Source: Eledone cirrhosa
Taxonomy: Eukaryota
DNA: 64,000 bases
Direction: 5' to 3'
Assembly (NCBI GenBank): GCA_964016885.1
Contig: OZ024745.1
Coordinates: 48,918,001 to 48,982,000, forward strand
The notes beneath the pieces were generated by a model that saw only the letters and a program-made list of their open reading frames with translations, did no database searches and was not told where the DNA came from. The position numbers were made by a program, and so were the translations under genes. Positions 63,401 to 64,000 of this stretch are shown piece after piece (the first letter of the stretch is position 1; each line of letters opens with the position of its first letter).

Positions 63401-64000
63401 TTGGTGTTCCATCAAACAATCACATATTTGTAGATGGGAAAACATTATTCCTTAAAATAATGTATTCTATGAAAAGTCATTTCTCTGAAAAGTTGTTTTG
63501 ATAAAAAAAATCATTTCAATAAAAAGTTATTTCAATGAAAATCCATTTCAATAAAAAGTTATTTCAATAAAAAGTCATTTCAATAAAAAATCATTTTGAT
63601 AAAAGGCCATGGTACCATAAAAATGAGAGTGCAGAGAGCTGGAATAAATACTGTAAGGTGTTTAATCCAATGCTCTAGTAACGTTGCCAACCAGGTGATG
63701 GATTAAGTCTACTGCCATTTGACTTGGTCTGCTCAACATAATCATTATTAGCAGCAAATATTTAGTGGGAGTTGATTGGTTTCCTGTGTGCATGTTATAT
63801 AATACCTATTATATAATAAGAAAAATGATGTTCAATCTAATAATTACTTTGAATTTTGTAGAATATGCAACATAAACCTGTTTCAGAAAATCAGGAAGTT
63901 ATTTCCTACTTCAAAGAACAAATTAAAAATTTGGAAACTTTGAATAATGAATTGAGGTTAGTTTTCAAAGATTCCCGCCATGAAGCTAATGTGGCTAAAT
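2797..64000 (+). CDS. CEP290: CEP290 (centrosomal/ciliary transition-zone coiled-coil protein), N-terminal ~720 aa in 20 coding exons; gene runs off the window end
   Basis: The manually spliced exons join in phase with no stops (2161 coding nt). They are collinear with recalled human CEP290: MPSMNWTKIM ~ MPPNINWKEIM; DDSVMLAVNEKVNDWK ~ DDPIMVAVNAKVEEWK; AEHDALEKDKHLVEALERMSQYESGEYGLAEAVNEIK ~ AEADAREKDKELVEALKRLKDYESGVYGLEDAVVEIK; IERLEEER ~ IESLEEER. Confidence 0.95.
3413..3873 (+). mobile_element. RTE 3'UTR-derived element with about 6-7 tandem copies of a 48-bp subrepeat
   Basis: gcacccagcc recurs at 3451, 3499 and 3547. It is followed by the RTE 3' end (ggttggtgttagg...aacccatgctagc...gatgatga). 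Confidence 0.8.
4268..4409 (+). CDS. CEP290: CEP290 coding exon 2 (FDGSHEKDIERMKKLFEVTRDLILLKNDQ...DAKK)
   Basis: ttacag acceptor, gtatgt donor, 142 nt, ends in phase 1. Confidence 0.88.
4779..5151 (-). mobile_element. CR1-like LINE 3' fragment with (TTA)n tail, nested in a SINE-like repeat
   Basis: Encodes TRGHAHKVRK..FRKHFFTLRVAEAWNKLP; near-identical to 14856-15240. Confidence 0.88.
5977..6032 (+). CDS. CEP290: CEP290 coding exon 3 (EQRLQAKIKEMEHQLNNLK)
   Basis: tgacag acceptor, gtattg donor, 56 nt, phase 1 to 0; resembles human ENQLKTKVMKLENELE. Confidence 0.85.
6049..6244. mobile_element. 188-bp MITE with 16-bp perfect TIRs (CTCTTAACATCCTGTA) flanked by TTAA (piggyBac-like)
   Basis: TTAA at 6049-6052, TIR 6053-6068, reverse TIR 6225-6240, TTAA at 6241-6244. 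Confidence 0.8.
6949..7098 (+). CDS. CEP290: CEP290 coding exon 4 (RSDSDGDY...DDEKRASER)
   Basis: tttcag acceptor, gtacaa donor, 150 nt; lies within ORF-track 6916..7179. Confidence 0.88.
7657..7710 (+). CDS. CEP290: CEP290 coding exon 5 (YNSQIIDLDREKAILRQE)
   Basis: tttcag acceptor, gtaagc donor, 54 nt, phase 0/0. Confidence 0.85.
7905..8231 (+). mobile_element. Degenerate RTE-3'-tail element (SINE tail or short LINE copy)
   Basis: Contains the 48-bp-type subrepeats, ggttgg..aggaagggcatc and a (GAT)n tail. Confidence 0.65.
8233..11288 (-). mobile_element. RTE-clade LINE (subfamily A), 5'-truncated inside the endonuclease, with an uninterrupted ~900-aa frame
   Basis: ORF 8589..11288 has AGDLNGHVG, QVDYIL, FVDLEKAFD, YADD and the PHD. 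It differs from the 33598 ORF at about 17 aa. It has a (GAT)n tail at 8233, and its 5' end abuts (TA)n. Confidence 0.96.
11545..14442 (+). mobile_element. CR1/L2-type LINE, degenerate: ORF1 end, APE endonuclease, RT with internal deletion, (TTA)n tail
   Basis: Motifs LNARSL, VTETW, GVVYRPP, AGDFNHP, SDH, DFAKAF, VPQGSVLGPLLF, YADD and ERDLG. Carries stops and frameshifts, and a deletion at ~13203 (VIPL|DVVY). Confidence 0.93.
14450..16625 (-). mobile_element. Penelope-like element N-terminal/RT remnant, split by the CR1 insertion at 14856-16168
   Basis: VTDLSGSTTSRELELLSYGSKF (16500-16590) and LKN..|YLPSDKRREFCDIEQNIYTQL..HL..TTLYSKV resemble the PLE motifs VxNLS..ExxLLxxGxxF and DKGxxxVxxxxxxY. 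Confidence 0.6.
14856..16168 (-). mobile_element. 5'-truncated CR1-like LINE, inverted relative to the 11545-14442 copy
   Basis: ORFs 15527..16114 and 15024..15317 are near-identical to the + copy; tail (TTA)n at 14856-14881. Confidence 0.93.
17157..17309 (+). CDS. CEP290: CEP290 coding exon 6 (NDQMRQDISDYKMQLQSQR...MEELQ)
   Basis: ttatag acceptor, gtatga donor, 153 nt; resembles human NEQLCQDIIDYQKQIDSQK. Confidence 0.92.
17845..17958 (+). CDS. CEP290: CEP290 coding exon 7 (NLTDANEDLK...TEEYLKVK)
   Basis: gtgcag acceptor, gtaatt donor, 114 nt. Confidence 0.92.
18290..18500 (+). mobile_element. Old RTE RT fragment
   Basis: AEMLKASGIVG..IVNEVIQDGVIHNDW..YGKG..LDRGN aligns to the full-length RTE ORF. 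Confidence 0.75.
18536..18718 (-). mobile_element. tRNA-derived SINE (family with many degenerate copies in the window)
   Basis: The reverse strand has A-box-like tggcagtatcgg and B-box gagttcaaatccc. Near-identical to 52886-53066. Degenerate copies lie near 2200, 2360, 19740, 31600, 42350, 44150, 44330 and 46700. Confidence 0.75.
18887..18955 (+). CDS. CEP290: CEP290 coding exon 8 (KIVDDGDNINDKLREENEFMKSQ)
   Basis: gtatag acceptor, gttggt donor, 69 nt. Confidence 0.88.
19285..19432 (-). mobile_element. Second tRNA-derived SINE family copy
   Basis: The reverse strand reads ggaggcacatggcttagtggttagagc (A box) ... gagttcaattc (B box) ... ccttgagcaagacac. Relatives lie near 2925, 18170 and 30040-30285. 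Confidence 0.72.
20638..20831. mobile_element. MITE with ~38-bp imperfect TIRs
   Basis: attatataatgggcaagtcatttttagccattca at the left end; the reverse complement of the right end is attatatcataagcaagtcattttagccattca. Confidence 0.7.
20943..21032 (+). CDS. CEP290: CEP290 coding exon 9 (LADLMEKLQVKSESDDSVMLAVNEKVNDWK)
   Basis: tttcag acceptor, gtatat donor, 90 nt. Confidence 0.93.
21195..21317 (+). CDS. CEP290: CEP290 coding exon 10 (KILAEKDQDI...LDADRSSLITLTS)
   Basis: ttacag acceptor, gtaagt donor, 123 nt. Confidence 0.93.
21331..29227. repeat. 47-bp satellite, ~168 copies (attaactctcaacatcctgtaccacatcaaaccacattatagtatac)
   Basis: 47-nt periodicity (attaact at 21424 and 21471); low divergence; fills most of the intron after coding exon 10. 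Confidence 0.98.
29461..29578 (+). CDS. CEP290: CEP290 coding exon 11 (VIEERDQQIYELTEE...IEDLKNDLTK)
   Basis: cttcag acceptor, gtaagc donor, 118 nt, ends in phase 1. Confidence 0.93.
30428..30525 (+). CDS. CEP290: CEP290 coding exon 12 (KPKDHMFTKV...DAEKLTKQ)
   Basis: ttgcag acceptor, gtttgt donor, 98 nt, phase 1 to 0. Confidence 0.87.
31054..31279. mobile_element. piggyBac-like MITE: TTAA + CCCTTTAGCATT ... AATGCTAAAGGG + TTAA
   Basis: 12-bp perfect TIRs at 31058-31069 and 31264-31275, with a TTAA duplication. Confidence 0.82.
32024..32095 (+). CDS. CEP290: CEP290 coding exon 13 (AEHDALEKDKHLVEALERMSQYES)
   Basis: ccctag acceptor, gtgagt donor, 72 nt. Confidence 0.94.
32235..32305 (+). 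CDS. CEP290: CEP290 coding exon 14 (GEYGLAEAVNEIKELKHKLTINQR)
   Basis: tttcag acceptor, gttgat donor, 71 nt, ends in phase 2. Confidence 0.92.
32898..33090 (+). CDS. CEP290: CEP290 coding exon 15 (DIEEFVQHIN...RALNIVLQKE)
   Basis: ttttag acceptor, gttagt donor, 193 nt, phase 2 to 0. Confidence 0.93.
33256..37204 (+). mobile_element. Full-length, apparently intact RTE-clade LINE (subfamily A)
   Basis: About 440-nt 5'UTR starting after (TA)n, a single long ORF, about 330-nt 3'UTR with subrepeats, and a (GAT)n tail. Confidence 0.96.
33694..36876 (+). CDS. RTE ORF, 1060 aa from the first ATG: APE endonuclease, reverse transcriptase, embedded PHD finger
   Basis: Endonuclease motifs GTINVGTL, CIQETRW, SVYAPQ, GDLNGHVG, VDYIL and SQH. 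RT motifs YKGKGD, NYRGIKL, QFGF, DLEKAFD, QGSVLSP, YADD and FRYLG. C4HC3 at 36079-36210. No stops. Confidence 0.95.
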   Translation: MPKLKSNSPRGRECEHSSLFRPRMANITLSPPAPHHPHPPNATQNFRVGTINVGTLKGRANEVVEMLERKEVDVCCIQETRWRGGSARFIEGKKRCYKLFWVGNDDGLGGVGIMVAEKWADKIIDVNRVNDRIIKIRLVLNRTTVTVISVYAPQSGLPGTIKDRFYETLLLTTSQISDSDYIIIAGDLNGHVGQHCDGYDEIHGGYGFGTRNEEGSRILEFCDANNLTICNINFKKRDNHLITYRSGEHTSQVDYILTRKRDRVSVVNTKSLPHEECTSQHRLIISDLIVRTRRTRQQKRTILRRKIWKLKDPTARNKFQSILLDAFDSKEEHLESDNIEGQWEFLKANLLLATDEVCGWSRPVGRRRVTWWWNSRVEGSIKAKKQAWKVWRDGGSRVDYQVARREARREVYLARREAEERKFKHVLQRDDQKREVFRIARQCVKENRDIVGEKCVLNDDGILAITDTDKKVAWKCHYERLLNEENKWEKDSLPHIDPIEGPAVLVEGSIISKAIKDMKTGKAAGPSEIVAEMLKASGTVGHTMVTRIVNQVVQNGVVPKDWHSSIIVNCYKGKGDALDRSNYRGIKLIDQVMKVTEKVIAQLIRERIDLDEMQFGFVSGKSTTDALFIVRQLQEKYLAKGKPLYLAFVDLEKAFDRVPRSIIWWALRKLGVDEWLVRAIQAMYKETVSKVRINNEYSEEFSVKVGVHQGSVLSPLLFIIALQAITEEFKTGCPWELLYADDLTLIAESMAELEKKFQTWKHGLESKGLKINLAKTKVLVCRKENKAAVPSGKWLCLVCRKGVGRNSILCPKCKVWVHKRCSGITGKLTKNIDFTCGRCSGAISSSKCPQNTSSFNCAEGSIEIVDSFRYLGDKISSGGGCCESTVARVRTGWKKFRELIPLLAAKGFSLKMKGRLYDACIRTAMLHGSETWALCAEDICRLERNEACMLRWMCNSNIRERQSINELRKKLEIRGIRCCLLERRLRWYGHVMRMKVDSCITKCRAIKIDGSHEIGRPRKTWDELINSDLTHLHLSKTMSLDRDLWRYSVTEKTRLASRHL
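37396..37469 (+). CDS. CEP290: CEP290 coding exon 16 (IERLEEERILLKQNLRKFAQQTGR)
   Basis: attcag acceptor, gtatga donor, 74 nt, ends in phase 2. Confidence 0.93.
37790..42346 (+). mobile_element. Near full-length degenerate RTE LINE (subfamily B) with duplicated 5'UTR, nested insertion and internal deletions
   Basis: ORF fragments at 38567, 38971, 39774, 40563, 41042 and 41587 tile the RTE ORF. Premature stops; deletions at ~40613 and ~40943; (GAT)n tail at ~42346. Confidence 0.92.
39268..39686 (+). mobile_element. Short 5'-truncated RTE (third subfamily) nested in the endonuclease region of the host RTE
   Basis: Begins TWDEVIKADLTQLHLSK and has its own 3'UTR and (TGA)n tail. The host frame resumes at ..EGFRILEFCD. 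Confidence 0.88.
43480..43618 (+). CDS. CEP290: CEP290 coding exon 17 (AVALGLTADDMVSIQ...EDLKMK)
   Basis: tcacag acceptor, gtaata donor, 139 nt, phase 2 to 0; resembles human SATSGLTTEDL. Confidence 0.9.
46144..46391. mobile_element. Degenerate TTAA-bounded MITE
   Basis: ttaatccttttaatacc ... ggttatgaaagggttaa; related ends at ~29300-29330 and 33096. Confidence 0.5.
47900..48300 (+). mobile_element. Penelope-like element GIY-YIG endonuclease remnant
   Basis: Translation across stops and frameshifts gives IIYEAEV..KYIGMSESWFKNCFLNHKMTF..IWQFKDKNIDFSIKWKILEKSQPY..CRLWVDEK. Confidence 0.75.
49029..49296 (-). CDS. Candidate terminal exon of an unknown antisense gene nested in the CEP290 intron
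   Basis: Open frame SVKVIFISHLKMGSEIEIKIQEVEIDGNEFENISIALDRANQLMRPNVRWKALTVLKRFQSTLIEKHEKLHHF...RL*. Preceded by ttattttataacag, with AATAAA 15 nt after the stop. No homolog recognised. Confidence 0.35.
49279..51693. repeat. 25-bp minisatellite, ~96 copies (tataaaataacttactctgagctgt)
   Basis: 25-nt periodicity with a few variant positions. Confidence 0.97.
51860..52578 (-). mobile_element. Short 5'-truncated RTE (subfamily A-like)
   Basis: Encodes CAEDIRRLERNEACMLRWMC..GRPRKTWDELI, followed by the 3'UTR and tail; the 5' end abuts (TA)n. Confidence 0.92.
52886..53066 (+). mobile_element. tRNA-derived SINE
   Basis: Near-identical to the reverse complement of 18536-18718; B box gagttcaaatccc. 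Confidence 0.75.
53424..55345 (-). mobile_element. GC-rich, frameshifted CRE-like (early-branching) non-LTR retrotransposon fragment with N-terminal PHD and RT; 3' end missing
   Basis: Motifs SGGADGL, LAAKVV, KLDMRNAFN, SATGVQQGDPLGPLLF, YLDD, GLQVNSSKLE and RNCFAMPKLLY. The Cys/His cluster is at 55071-55203. Clade assignment rests on recalled motif style only. Confidence 0.8.
55919..55958 (-). ncRNA. Minimal type-I hammerhead ribozyme-like motif (degenerate)
   Basis: CA-CUGAUGA-U-GUCGCA(gaug)UGUGAC-GAAAG-AA-CUU-UG. Confidence 0.5.
57075..57235 (+). mobile_element. RTE 3'-end fragment, adjacent to an inverted RTE 3' fragment at ~56790-57065
   Basis: ggttggtgttaggaagggcatc...ctaacccatgctagc...(GAT)n. 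Confidence 0.75.
57257..58581 (+). mobile_element. 5'-truncated, degenerate RTE lacking the PHD segment
   Basis: GVHQGSVLS, YADD, WPCS|GAVSS and FRYLG, then the 3'UTR and (GAT)n tail; several stops. Confidence 0.9.
58700..59617 (+). mobile_element. Internal CR1-like fragment (ORF1 C-terminus and ORF2 endonuclease start)
   Basis: 59040-59617 is near-identical to 11545-12120. ORF 58697..59200 has GRPGPKPRLIRLSF, typical of LINE ORF1. Confidence 0.85.
59693..60281 (+). pseudogene. pogo/Tigger-type DDE transposase remnant
   Basis: KGWMSEDGMKLWLVKVW..LLLVWNKFRV..GGLTYQLQLLDVRIKKPFKGYM..KKCGISNNMNGTEGD and an acidic tail; a possible left end TACTGTATTTGATGGCTTATAAGGC at 58583. Confidence 0.85.
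60830..61285. repeat. ~450-bp palindrome (~200-bp arms, ~40-nt spacer), probably an inverted Penelope-type terminal repeat
   Basis: ggaaaaaagatgaaatcgaaaatgcaactggagtc... mirrors ...gactccagttgcattttcgatttcatcttttttcc. Confidence 0.92.
60893..60928 (-). ncRNA. Minimal type-I hammerhead ribozyme with U3-A8 core variant
   Basis: CUU-UUGAAAA-GCA(caagaac)UGC-GAAAC-CG-GUA-AAG, followed by aataaa. Confidence 0.55.
61589..61754 (+). CDS. CEP290: CEP290 coding exon 18 (HTELSEDLKVNSRQLE...ELALKEINKNMKKTPI)
   Basis: Uses a less common AAG acceptor (ttaataag) after a pyrimidine tract; gtaaga donor; 166 nt; ends in phase 1. Confidence 0.8.
61945..62381 (-). CDS. Candidate two-exon antisense micro-ORF (62381-62314 + 62086-61945), 69 aa
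   Basis: MSRNNPQQLVCCNFCTPVQNRD-R-LLREQQRNIDAVAASILKPFPPAKAEVSHGGLMKNIMLIIEYFHKN*. Donor AG/gtatct and acceptor ttattttatacag are phase-compatible. No homolog recognised. Confidence 0.25.
62710..62759 (+). CDS. CEP290: CEP290 coding exon 19 (NSDEAIIKCPSLDKILA)
   Basis: tgttag acceptor, with an in-frame alternative ttcag 6 nt downstream; gtgagt donor; resembles human LIIPSLERLVN. Confidence 0.85.
62789..62976. mobile_element. Degenerate relative of the 6049-6244 MITE
   Basis: cctgaaaatggggttgttaattcaaatgttta..gattgctgtgaaaattt matches 6088-6155. The end gtggcataggatattaaaagttga matches gtggtacaggatgttaagagttaa. Confidence 0.7.
63497..63605. repeat. Short ~16-bp tandem repeat (atttcaataaaaagtt)
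   Basis: About 6-7 imperfect copies. Confidence 0.7.
63862..64000 (+). CDS. CEP290: CEP290 coding exon 20, partial (NMQHKPVSENQEVISYFKEQIKNLETLNNELR...DSRHEANVAK)
   Basis: ttgtag acceptor; open to the window end; resembles human LKAQVDQLTGRNEELRQELRESRKEA. Confidence 0.85.

Overview
This is AT-rich, intron-rich animal DNA. The repeat content (RTE LINEs with (GAT)n tails, tRNA-derived SINEs, TTAA-bounded MITEs) is consistent with an octopus or other cephalopod, which is an inference. The + strand carries the 5' part of CEP290: 20 coding exons from ATG 2797 to the window end, about 720 aa, with GT-AG introns in consistent phase. The introns hold one intact full-length RTE LINE (APE, RT, and a PHD finger inside the RT), at least five truncated relatives, and four CR1-like copies. 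They also hold a CRE-like element with an N-terminal PHD, Penelope-like remnants with minimal hammerhead ribozyme motifs, a pogo remnant, SINEs, MITEs, a 7.9-kb 47-bp satellite and a 2.4-kb 25-bp minisatellite. The most notable observations are: (1) near-identical inverted LINE pairs that bracket an in-frame block of exons; (2) a hammerhead with a compensated U3-A8 core inside a 450-bp palindrome; (3) a satellite built from a MITE terminus next to a splice donor; (4) a minisatellite made of antisense splice signals abutting a candidate nested antisense exon; (5) an RTE copy with a precise in-frame loss of the PHD. All translations and alignments were done by eye and no database searches were run.
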